A DNA stretch of 28,255 nucleotides from a virus (Duplodnaviria > Caudoviricetes). A program made the translations under genes and the position numbers. The stretch covers positions 1 through 28,255 of IMG/VR virus record IMGVR_UViG_3300044641_003395, one strand, 5' to 3'. Below the pieces are notes generated by a model. It was not told the origin of the DNA. It was given only the letters and a program-made list of their open reading frames with translations, and ran no database searches. Below, piece by piece: positions 7,901 through 15,373 of this stretch (the first letter of the stretch is position 1; each line of letters starts with the position of its first letter).

Positions 7901-8987
7901 ATTTTTTTGCAATTGTCGTATTTCCTATTTTTTTAGATAAATCCCCTTCAAACATAAGTTCTTTTAAATCTTTATAAAAAATTTCTTGTGCTTTTTTTTG
8001 ATCTTCTCTTAATGTTTTATTAAAAAAAGTTTTTATTGTTGGAAACATTTTACCAACTTCTTTATCTATTCTTTTTACTTGTTCCATAGCAAAATTTGAA
8101 TCACTTGCTTTTCTTGCGTCCTCTAAATTTTTAGCTAAAAACATTTCTGTTGGTTTATCAGAAGTAGGTCTAATATATCCTGCAACTTCATCTATTGTTT
8201 TATTAATTTTAGAAGTGCTATAAACTAAATCTTTTCCAAATTCCGCAACTTTGCCTATTGCTTTTGTTGCTCCATATATAAATGGAAAATATAAAACAGA
8301 ATCTGCACCAAATTTAACTCTATTTAATAATTTTCTTGCAGCATCTTTTTGAGCATCTTGTGGAACTTGCCCCTTAAGATCTACATTTTCATCTATATCT
8401 AATTGAGTTGGACCAATTTTAAAAGCATCACCAAATGTACCAATGTTTTCAATATCCCCTACAAAAGTTTCACCCGCCGCCCCACCTAATACAACAGCAC
8501 CAAAACGCATGGTTCTTGCTTTATCATTTAACTTATAAACTTGTTCCATTCCTTTTCTAACATTTTTTCCTCTTAAATTTACATATGTTCCCATTCTTCT
8601 CGCCTGCAAAGCTTTTGTAGCTAATTGGCTTGCAATTTTTGCACCTGCTGCGGATGGCACACCTACAGAAACTATTGCTTCTAAAATTTTACCTGCTGCG
8701 GTTTGTTCTGCAATTTCTTCAAAAGGATTTATGTAATCAAAAGCAGCCTCTACTTTAGCCGCTGCTTCTGTAGTCATTCCAGTTAAATCCATAAGCTCTG
8801 CACCTAAAGATACAAAGCCTTCTGGTATTTTTAATAAACCAGATGCTATTCCAGCAAGTCCCCCTTGAAATTGTCCAATAGAATTATCAGTGGATTCATA
8901 TGAAGGAACCTCTGTATCTGAAATATTGGGAGCGTTTTGAGTTAATGTTTTTTTAATTTCCCCAGGATTAGCATAAGGATCAGCCAT
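4926..8987 (-). CDS. Large putative internal virion (DNA ejection) protein
   Basis: 1353-aa, largely helical ORF with Gly/Ala-rich hydrophobic segments. It is the last and largest of four genes downstream of the tail nozzle, the position of podoviral ejection proteins. Confidence 0.6.
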   Translation of the reverse strand: MADPYANPGEIKKTLTQNAPNISDTEVPSYESTDNSIGQFQGGLAGIASGLLKIPEGFVSLGAELMDLTGMTTEAAAKVEAAFDYINPFEEIAEQTAAGKILEAIVSVGVPSAAGAKIASQLATKALQARRMGTYVNLRGKNVRKGMEQVYKLNDKARTMRFGAVVLGGAAGETFVGDIENIGTFGDAFKIGPTQLDIDENVDLKGQVPQDAQKDAARKLLNRVKFGADSVLYFPFIYGATKAIGKVAEFGKDLVYSTSKINKTIDEVAGYIRPTSDKPTEMFLAKNLEDARKASDSNFAMEQVKRIDKEVGKMFPTIKTFFNKTLREDQKKAQEIFYKDLKELMFEGDLSKKIGNTTIAKKLQKQMTNGGLNSESQNIVFDAVYNSRQKFVSLLETIKEGSTAQVMLPKEVRNMPGLMGDRLKLMLGSTYKIFQNPYVDSLTGYKPAEESINKVKDILKRHANRHGRDLTEDQLDYRINEILNNTIKFTKGTQLPSFKMTDVTMGAQTPDVKKSFVQILSNKNKNGVPDTEIIGKGSKAFRELFGEVDDARLSIFSGMGLLSNLARRSEFIDDILKSNDEAVAKGARQLFYADKNEAIKNLGAGGLNKIVPLDSVLEGMFKDGVLVNRLKGLYTTEQIANSFDPVNKISNFFTGPKSTKFTQRMSDAYKYGFLYPKAGAQIAKTVLSPTTHIRNFLSASAFSLANGTLFADPKLVARAMKEAAKTVQFGLRSPEGMREYRKLLEKGVVNTNTAMGDYQNLLKDLELNSEGGFTTNVFKRMLQRLSRLTKPFEDLYTLEDDVYKIYNYHIEKTRLGDAYAKAGIRKTINAIEDEAADIVKNTVPNYAYVSDIVKGLRSTPFSTFASFPAAVMTSATGIGSRIFKEMKHSKPVTGLSMLPIVNEVGKGFVKNDNPLYGIGMKRLMGSAAAFGTLGVGIGAGFKSIFGTTDDQERALERWVAPFDVADKKVISYDIDKKTGKKTYYYQNWSNNNAYDYLESPFRNLLKSVQDGIETEDQLITGFVTGISNAFSKSIEPFISEGIAPEAIIDIILRGGVTKEGRKLYTEETPIPDKVKIAIEHIVETQVPFSKAQLSRIYYAAQGLPDPKGNVYNIEKELPGLLGWRLIKIDPVKGLDFKITEYDRSSRNSVREFVGGDSRLLTRPITKEEIIQQFYIANKALFDTQQKMHLDLKAANKFEVDNLELAQVFERRQRSSKEYGPLFMGQFKPYIPSESIMQKFQEKALEFNEANPGYGNPFQEAIPVLGEMIRSFQGADLSKKFKFNLKDFIQEEKIQPPSFDPYRGELPPQPMPNPQVVTPPVPQISSLNQGLTPSESSLLNESEKQMRLKQRGLV

Positions 8988-8995
8988 TTAATTTT

Positions 8996-9781
8996 CTATT
9001 TTATTCCTAATGAAGAAAAAGGTATTTCTTTTATTTTTTTCCCACTGTAAGGATCAAATTCTACAAAAACTTTTTTTTCAGGATTTTTTTGTACTAAAAC
9101 TTTAGTTCTTGGATCAAAATAAGTTCCACCTGATAGCATTTTTTCATAAAAAAATGTTCTTTTGTTTCCTGAAATTTCATTAGGAACTATTCCTGTAATA
9201 TCTATTCCTTGTTTTCTAGCAGATGGTTGTATGTAAGCTATAAAACTAGCAAAAGCTTCTGGATAATCTGTTGTAATGTCTTTTTTAAATGCATCTTTAG
9301 ATTTTGGATCAGTGTATTTTGAATACGCTTCATAATACATTCTATCTGGTGAGTAATCTTTTTGAAAAGTTGACTCTCCTTTTTCTTTTGCTTCCGCAAG
9401 TTTTCTAGCATCAACAGCACTTATTGCTCCTGTTGTTGCAGTTAATTTTAATTGTCTTTGTGCAGCTTCCTCTCCAGCCCTAGCTTTTGAAAAAGCTGAA
9501 TAAGGTTCTCTGTAAGATTCTGCAATTGCACCTAATGTTCCTCTACCTGCTCCTCTTCCTGATAATAAATTTAAACCACCTGAAATTAATAAATCACCTA
9601 AATCACTTTTAATATCAGGTCCTGTACCATATGCTTCTTGATAAAGAGGTAATAATTCATCCCTTGCTTGTCTATATTCACTACCTTTTTGATAATTTTT
9701 TCTAGGAGCTGCCATAGACATAATTCCATCATTAGCAGAACCACCTATTCTAAACATTGGTCTTTTAAGTATTCTAGACAT
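8996..9781 (-). CDS. Putative internal virion protein
   Basis: 261 aa with the N-terminal MSRILKRPMFRIGG motif and a Gly-rich segment LISGGLNLLSG; located in the ejection-protein cluster. Confidence 0.55.
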   Translation of the reverse strand: MSRILKRPMFRIGGSANDGIMSMAAPRKNYQKGSEYRQARDELLPLYQEAYGTGPDIKSDLGDLLISGGLNLLSGRGAGRGTLGAIAESYREPYSAFSKARAGEEAAQRQLKLTATTGAISAVDARKLAEAKEKGESTFQKDYSPDRMYYEAYSKYTDPKSKDAFKKDITTDYPEAFASFIAYIQPSARKQGIDITGIVPNEISGNKRTFFYEKMLSGGTYFDPRTKVLVQKNPEKKVFVEFDPYSGKKIKEIPFSSLGIK

Positions 9782-10596
9782 TATTTTTGAGGGTAATTAA
9801 ATTTGTTATAAATACCTGCCAACGTTGATCCAATACCTAATATATTAGTTAATGGACTTGGAGAAGGAGTCATTGATATTTCACTTTTTCCGGGGTATCC
9901 AGCTATTAAAGGAGTAATACCCGCTCCATATTGTTGTATAGTACTTAATGGTTGATAAGCTTGTTGTTGAGCTAATTGTTTTTGAGCTTCTAACAAAGCT
10001 TGTTGTTGAGACATTTGTCCAGCTCCTAATGTTGTAAGTCCTGCAATTTGTGTTCCTAACATTCCTTGTGTTTGTCCCGCTAAACCTAATTGATTTAAAT
10101 AATTTTGTTGTGCTAATTGTTGCGCTTGTCCATAACCTTGTTGTTGTAATTGTGCTTGCAAAGCAGCTCTGTTTCTATCACTTTGTGATTGATATTCTGC
10201 CCTTTGAACACCTTCTCTACCTCCACCATATGCACCAGATTGAATAGCTTGTGCTGCTAATGCAGGTAATCCTTTTTGTGATTGAATATCATATTCTTGT
10301 AAAGTTGTATCAATAACTGCTTGTTGATAAGGAGACATGTATTGTTGATATGCCTGTGGCCCAGTTGAAGCTTGTGCAGCTTGTAAAAAAGGTTGATAAC
10401 CACCAAGTCCCCCTGCTAACTGGTATGCTTGTTGTGTAAGTGCAGATTCAGGTGCTACAAATTGTGGACCATAAAATTTTGATAAATCAATACCTTTTGC
10501 ACCACCTATAGCTTTTGCTAACTCTTCAAGATATACTTTACTTGCTGCTTCTATATGGGGTGCTGGTAATATTTGTTGTTGTTGTATTTCAGCCAT
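9781..10596 (-). CDS. Putative internal virion / DNA transfer protein (Gln/Ala-rich)
   Basis: 271 aa with YMSPYQQAVID and GAYGGGREGV motifs and a C-terminal LGIGSTLAGIY, recalled as typical of podoviral pilot/ejection proteins. Confidence 0.6.
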   Translation of the reverse strand: MAEIQQQQILPAPHIEAASKVYLEELAKAIGGAKGIDLSKFYGPQFVAPESALTQQAYQLAGGLGGYQPFLQAAQASTGPQAYQQYMSPYQQAVIDTTLQEYDIQSQKGLPALAAQAIQSGAYGGGREGVQRAEYQSQSDRNRAALQAQLQQQGYGQAQQLAQQNYLNQLGLAGQTQGMLGTQIAGLTTLGAGQMSQQQALLEAQKQLAQQQAYQPLSTIQQYGAGITPLIAGYPGKSEISMTPSPSPLTNILGIGSTLAGIYNKFNYPQK

Positions 10597-12821
10597 TATA
10601 CTACTCCACCTGCTTCAAGCTGTTTCATTAAACTATACATTCTTTGCGCTCCTTTATTAACATTGCCTTCCCCTGCATTTCTCACAGCATTAGCGGTAAA
10701 CACAAATTCGTTATTGGATAACATTGCAGGAATATCGTCTGCTTTTTCTTTTATACCAATTGGAGGAACAAATCCACCTTTAGCTCTATAATCTAATTCC
10801 ATAATACCAGCAGGGTTTCTTTTTGGCTCTCCCATGGGCATTGAACCATATTCATAACCTATTCTACCTCCATTAGCAGCAAGTGCAAGAGGAGCGGTAG
10901 GGTTTATATTTCCACTATATAAATCATAATACTGTTTTACTTTAGAATCATGTTCTGCTTTTAATTTATTATAGTCATTAGGATCTTCTCCTGGAAGAGG
11001 TTCTCTAAATTGTGTCCCTAATCCAAAACCAAGTGCAAGAGGACCAATATTTTCTTTTGTTGTATCATATAAAGAACCTATTCCAGCTTGAATTGTTTTT
11101 AAAGGATCATTCATTAAATTAGTTCCAAAATCTTGAACACTTGCTATTCCTTTTTGAAATATATTAGGCTCTGTTTGTATTGCTCCTGGATTATAAATTG
11201 GAGACCCGGCGCCCGCTGCTGGATCAATTGAAATTTTTGAAATATCTGGAACATAAGCATAAGAACCTGGTCCAGTGCTTGGAGCTACCATAGATGAAAT
11301 ATCTGATTCTAAACCTGATGTCATTTTAGGTTGAATATTAGGAGAACTAAAAGTCTCAGCAAGATTAGATGTAACACTTGGTGGTGGAGATGGCATTGCA
11401 TCAGGTATGCCCCCTACATCTGGATTGATTCCCCCTGGTGATGTGCCGGAAGAAAGAGATCCAGTAACTCCACCAATTGCTCCTGCTAATAAAGCTTCTT
11501 TAGGATTTATTTTACCTGTTGTAATTCCTTGCACTAATAAGTTTGCAGCACCTGCATTAACTGCTCCTGCTAAAAAAGCGTTAGTTATTCCAAATTGTCC
11601 AGCAGCAAGATTAAATCCAGCTGGGCCCATTAACATTGTAGCACCAATTGTAAGAGCTATTTTTCCTATTGGAGATTTAACAATTGATTTAACTGCTTTA
11701 GAAACTCCTTTAACAGCACTTTTAACTGCTTTAACAGGATTCCAAAAAGAAGGAACACCTCTTACATTAACATCTTGTCCTGCACCCCCCATTAATTTTA
11801 AAATTCCTGCTTCTTCCGGATTAATATATGCTAAAAATTCTCCACTAGGTGCTCTTCTTTGTAACATGTTTCTGGCTCTGTCTATACTTGTAAGACCACC
11901 CTCAGCCATCATCATTGGCTCTTGCATTCCTTCTTGTTGTTCTAATTGGTCTGCAAATGCTTCAACAGCGGGTTCTCCACCTTGTGCAAACACTTGTAAT
12001 ATTTGTCTTGCAAGTTGTTCAGCTTGTTCTGGAGGAACTCCTTGCTCTATTAATAATTGTATAATTGTAAGAAGAGCATTATCTCCTTCTCCAAGTTGAC
12101 CTTGTGTTGGATCTTGCATCTGTGATTGCATCATTTGTTCTTGCATCATAGGATCTTGCATCTGTGGTTGCATCATTTCCATTCCCATTCCACCTTCTTG
12201 ATAACCTGATCTACCACCTAAATTCATTTGAGACGCACCCGTAAGAGCATTAAAAATAGGTGAACCATATGATTGATTATCATAAGGAGTTCCTAATGTT
12301 TGTTCAGCTTGACCTAAATTTTGTGATAAATTTTCTAATCTTGGAAATATAGATTCTTCTTGACTATTTTCTAATCCCATAATTCCACCACCCATTTGAT
12401 ATCCGGCTCTACCACCATAACTAAATTGTTGCATTGGAGCTTGTTGCATACTTGGTCCAACTGCACTTGCAAATGGTAAACTGCGTGGTCTAGGTCCAAT
12501 TCCTGGTGGTCTAGGTTCAATTGGACTTGTCTGTGAGCTAGGTCCCATACCTGGTGGAAGTTGTCCCGTTTGTTGAAAATATTGAGCCACTTTCATATTT
12601 GGTGGAAGTTGTTCACCTGGTCTAACTGGATTTATAGCACCAAAAATTGGATTTCTTATTGGTGTTCCATCTGGACCTGGTACCATTTGTGGCGGTCCAA
12701 AACCTGGTTGAAGTGGTTGATTTTGAAGCACTCCTGGTCTAGGTCTTGGGCCTCCAAAATTAGTGATTGGTCTAGGTCTAGGGTTTCCTTTTGGGTTATA
12801 TCCTGGGGGTAATGGTCTCAT
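10596..12821 (-). CDS. Low-complexity Pro/Gly/Gln/Met-rich putative internal virion protein
   Basis: 741 aa. Folded-looking islands (LAYINPEEAGILKLMGG; EKADDIPAMLSNNEFVFTANAVR) are joined by disordered segments, with a central hydrophobic Gly/Ala stretch and recurring GGRxGY motifs. Confidence 0.6.
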   Translation of the reverse strand: MRPLPPGYNPKGNPRPRPITNFGGPRPRPGVLQNQPLQPGFGPPQMVPGPDGTPIRNPIFGAINPVRPGEQLPPNMKVAQYFQQTGQLPPGMGPSSQTSPIEPRPPGIGPRPRSLPFASAVGPSMQQAPMQQFSYGGRAGYQMGGGIMGLENSQEESIFPRLENLSQNLGQAEQTLGTPYDNQSYGSPIFNALTGASQMNLGGRSGYQEGGMGMEMMQPQMQDPMMQEQMMQSQMQDPTQGQLGEGDNALLTIIQLLIEQGVPPEQAEQLARQILQVFAQGGEPAVEAFADQLEQQEGMQEPMMMAEGGLTSIDRARNMLQRRAPSGEFLAYINPEEAGILKLMGGAGQDVNVRGVPSFWNPVKAVKSAVKGVSKAVKSIVKSPIGKIALTIGATMLMGPAGFNLAAGQFGITNAFLAGAVNAGAANLLVQGITTGKINPKEALLAGAIGGVTGSLSSGTSPGGINPDVGGIPDAMPSPPPSVTSNLAETFSSPNIQPKMTSGLESDISSMVAPSTGPGSYAYVPDISKISIDPAAGAGSPIYNPGAIQTEPNIFQKGIASVQDFGTNLMNDPLKTIQAGIGSLYDTTKENIGPLALGFGLGTQFREPLPGEDPNDYNKLKAEHDSKVKQYYDLYSGNINPTAPLALAANGGRIGYEYGSMPMGEPKRNPAGIMELDYRAKGGFVPPIGIKEKADDIPAMLSNNEFVFTANAVRNAGEGNVNKGAQRMYSLMKQLEAGGVV

Positions 12822-12878
12822 AATTTTAAAATATTATTAAGTTATTATAGGCAGGCTTAAATATCCTGAAAATGGTAT

Positions 12879-12907
12879 ACTTTACTAGTTTTTATCTGAT
12901 TCGTCAA
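12879..12907 (-). promoter_or_regulatory. Candidate sigma70 promoter for the internal virion protein cluster
   Basis: TTGACG-N17-TAAAGT overlapping the end of the glycosyltransferase gene, followed by a small CAGG-N9-CCTG hairpin in the leader. Confidence 0.45.
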
Positions 12908-13718
12908 CATCTGATGAACGAATTAATTCATCTTTAAATCTACCTGAATATTGATACTCTCCAACATGAGTAATATAATCACCTATATAACAATAACATT
13001 TACCACCAATATCTGTCCATTTTTTACAAAAACCAAAGTCTTCACCATAGTATTTTTTGTTCTCTAAATCATGATAGGTGTCAAAAAAATTCCATAAATT
13101 TTCCTTATCTTTTGCTTCTCCATTCATAATGGTTGGTTGACTTATTTTAAGTTCTGGATACTTTTCAATCATCTTATCAAATACTTGTCTTTTAATTAAC
13201 ATACATCCCGCAGGTGCATGCGTGACTTCCATAACATCATCTTTTACTTTTATATTTTCTCTATCATGTACTTTAATTGGATAAGTAAAACCTGTCTGAG
13301 ATAATTCTTTTGAATCTTTTATATCTCCTTTAAATTTATATATTCTATCCCAGTTTAAAGTTTTCATAGGATAAGGTACAGCTATTACTTCTTTATCTAA
13401 TTCTAACATTTTAAATATAGTCTTTGATTCAAAATCAATATCTGCATCTATAAATAACAAGTGAGAATATTTTTCATTTAAAAAATTAGCTACACACAAA
13501 TTTCTCCCCTGTGTAACTAAAGACGATTTTAATAATAAAAAATCAACTAATATATTTCTTTGCATACATGCTATTTGAAATTCCAATAGAGCTTGTGTGT
13601 AATGAATAGAACATTCATTATGTACTGGTGTACAAAGTAAAATAGAAATTTTATTATCTTTTTTAGTTTCTTTTATTTCAGGTTTTTTAAACCAAATAGG
13701 TTTACTTGGATCTTGCAT
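12885..13718 (-). CDS. GT-A fold glycosyltransferase-like protein (GT2-like)
   Basis: N-terminal ILLCTP, LVTQGRN, DxD motif HLLFIDADIDF, GCMLIKR, and the GEDFGFC catalytic-base motif. Confidence 0.8.
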   Translation of the reverse strand: MQDPSKPIWFKKPEIKETKKDNKISILLCTPVHNECSIHYTQALLEFQIACMQRNILVDFLLLKSSLVTQGRNLCVANFLNEKYSHLLFIDADIDFESKTIFKMLELDKEVIAVPYPMKTLNWDRIYKFKGDIKDSKELSQTGFTYPIKVHDRENIKVKDDVMEVTHAPAGCMLIKRQVFDKMIEKYPELKISQPTIMNGEAKDKENLWNFFDTYHDLENKKYYGEDFGFCKKWTDIGGKCYCYIGDYITHVGEYQYSGRFKDELIRSSDVDESDKN

Positions 13719-14634
13719 CTATTGCTCCTTCTAAAAACTTAGTCCATGCATAACCAATTTTATTCCAGTTATAGAATCTATTTGTATAATCTATTTGCAT
13801 ATCTAAATGTTGTCTAATGGATGGATGATCCAAGGTCCCTGCTGCATGCTCAATTGCATAAGCAAACTTGTGCGCTAAACTTGTAAATGATTTCTCATAA
13901 GGAATGTATGTAATAAACTCAGCACCTGTTTCATACAAAGCACCGTAGTCTGTTGTAATACAATAAAGACCTGCTGCCATTGCCTCTAATGCTGATATAC
14001 AAAATGTTTCTTCCCAGATACTTGGAAAAGCAAAGATATGATACTTGTGTAAATTTTCTCTTATATATTCATGAGGCTTATAACCAATGTAATTTACATT
14101 AGATAAAGATTTAGCTTGTTCATATAATTCTTGATAGGTAGAATCGTTCGCTTCTTTAAATGCATTTCCATAAACTTCCGTTGAAGAATAAACATCTAAA
14201 CTGATAAGAGGATTTTTAACAAGTTGCATTGCAGCAAGTATTACATTCAAGCCCCTCCATGGAGTTGGATGAAATATAAGTTTAATGGGTTCACCTTTAA
14301 CATGTTTAGTTCTAGGTACTATTGGAACAACACCATTCTTTATAACAATAGATCTTTCAGTTGGTATATCAAAATACATTCTAAATTTTTCATAATTCCA
14401 ATGCGAATTAAACACATACCAATCATATTTATTATGATTTGATTTGTCTTTAAACCATGGCGCTAAATTGGGTTGATCATAAGAATTCTTTTGCCAAAGG
14501 ATATTTAATTTATTTGGATCTATTGGAACTTTACCAGGAACCGATGTACAAATTTGTACCTGATCTAGTAAGTCTTTAGATACATGTTTTTCTAAAAACT
14601 CAAACTGTAATTCTGTACCACCTCTAGGTTTCAT
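13702..14634 (-). CDS. GT-B fold glycosyltransferase (GT4 / group 1)
   Basis: N-terminal GGTE, VFNS, VIKNG, and the E-x7-E motif FPSIWEETFCISALEAMAAG, then TTDYGALYET. Confidence 0.9.
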   Translation of the reverse strand: MKPRGGTELQFEFLEKHVSKDLLDQVQICTSVPGKVPIDPNKLNILWQKNSYDQPNLAPWFKDKSNHNKYDWYVFNSHWNYEKFRMYFDIPTERSIVIKNGVVPIVPRTKHVKGEPIKLIFHPTPWRGLNVILAAMQLVKNPLISLDVYSSTEVYGNAFKEANDSTYQELYEQAKSLSNVNYIGYKPHEYIRENLHKYHIFAFPSIWEETFCISALEAMAAGLYCITTDYGALYETGAEFITYIPYEKSFTSLAHKFAYAIEHAAGTLDHPSIRQHLDMQIDYTNRFYNWNKIGYAWTKFLEGAIDARSK

Positions 14635-14825
14635 TTATTATTCATGAATTTCTTAAACAATTCTAGTCCTTTATTAGTTACTCTAATTACAACATCACGA
14701 CTAATATCATTGGGATCAATGTTTGCAGCTTTAAGTTCTTCCTCGTCTTTATAAATCTGCCCTGTTTTTTTATTTTTTATTATAGTCACCGTTTCTGTTT
14801 CTATATGGTATTCTTTCTTGTCCAT
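14631..14825 (-). CDS. Small hypothetical protein
   Basis: 64-aa ORF with a KNKKTGQIYKDEEE motif; its stop overlaps the GT4 start. Confidence 0.65.
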   Translation of the reverse strand: MDKKEYHIETETVTIIKNKKTGQIYKDEEELKAANIDPNDISRDVVIRVTNKGLELFKKFMNNK

Positions 14826-14852
14826 GTCTTAATATATCTTATTGTATCTTAA

Positions 14853-15194
14853 TTATCCATTTTCTCCCACCCTACTTATCAAAGCGTAAGAGATTTGTCC
14901 AGAGATCTTATTTGCAGTATCTGCTTGAAATTTAAGTGAATCACCAGCTTCTAATACCAACACATTGTGTACTGCATTATCGTGGGAATTGGCAGGAGGT
15001 TTAGAATGATAGAATTTAAAATCTGTTGTAATAGAAACATCACGAAAAAAATAATCCACTTGAACTGCAGCGTTATTATCATTAGCAACTGATATTTCTT
15101 TTATAATAGCAACGGTTGAGGCACTAATAGTTAACACCGTTGTTAAATTAGTTGTGGTTAAATCATAACCTTGATTTTTATAATTAATAGTCAT
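14853..15194 (-). CDS. Conserved small virion-associated protein
   Basis: 113-aa beta-rich ORF with an LVLEAGDSLK motif, coupled to the upstream ORF (TAATG). Confidence 0.6.
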   Translation of the reverse strand: MTINYKNQGYDLTTTNLTTVLTISASTVAIIKEISVANDNNAAVQVDYFFRDVSITTDFKFYHSKPPANSHDNAVHNVLVLEAGDSLKFQADTANKISGQISYALISRVGENG

Positions 15195-15373
15195 TATTCT
15201 GTAGGTCCGCTAAATATAAACCAACTAAAAGTTTCTAATTCATCTTTTAAATCTTTTTGATAAGAAAAATTTAATTGAGATTTTAATGTCTCCAATGCTT
15301 GTAACACTTGTCTTTGATTTTCAGAAGAATATTCTGCACTTGGTTCTGGTATATTAATTGTAATCTTTGCCAT
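15194..15373 (-). CDS. Small hypothetical protein (59 aa) following the nozzle gene
   Basis: Below the ORF-track cut-off. My translation is MAKITINIPEPSAEYSSENQRQVLQALETLKSQLNFSYQKDLKDELETFSWFIFSGPTE. It fills the gap exactly, with TAATG overlaps on both sides. Confidence 0.8.
   Translation of the reverse strand: MAKITINIPEPSAEYSSENQRQVLQALETLKSQLNFSYQKDLKDELETFSWFIFSGPTE

Noticed and set aside
11407-12099. 230-aa + strand ORF
   Set aside because: It is antisense to the low-complexity Gly/Ala-rich virion gene and has no recognisable motifs or RBS.
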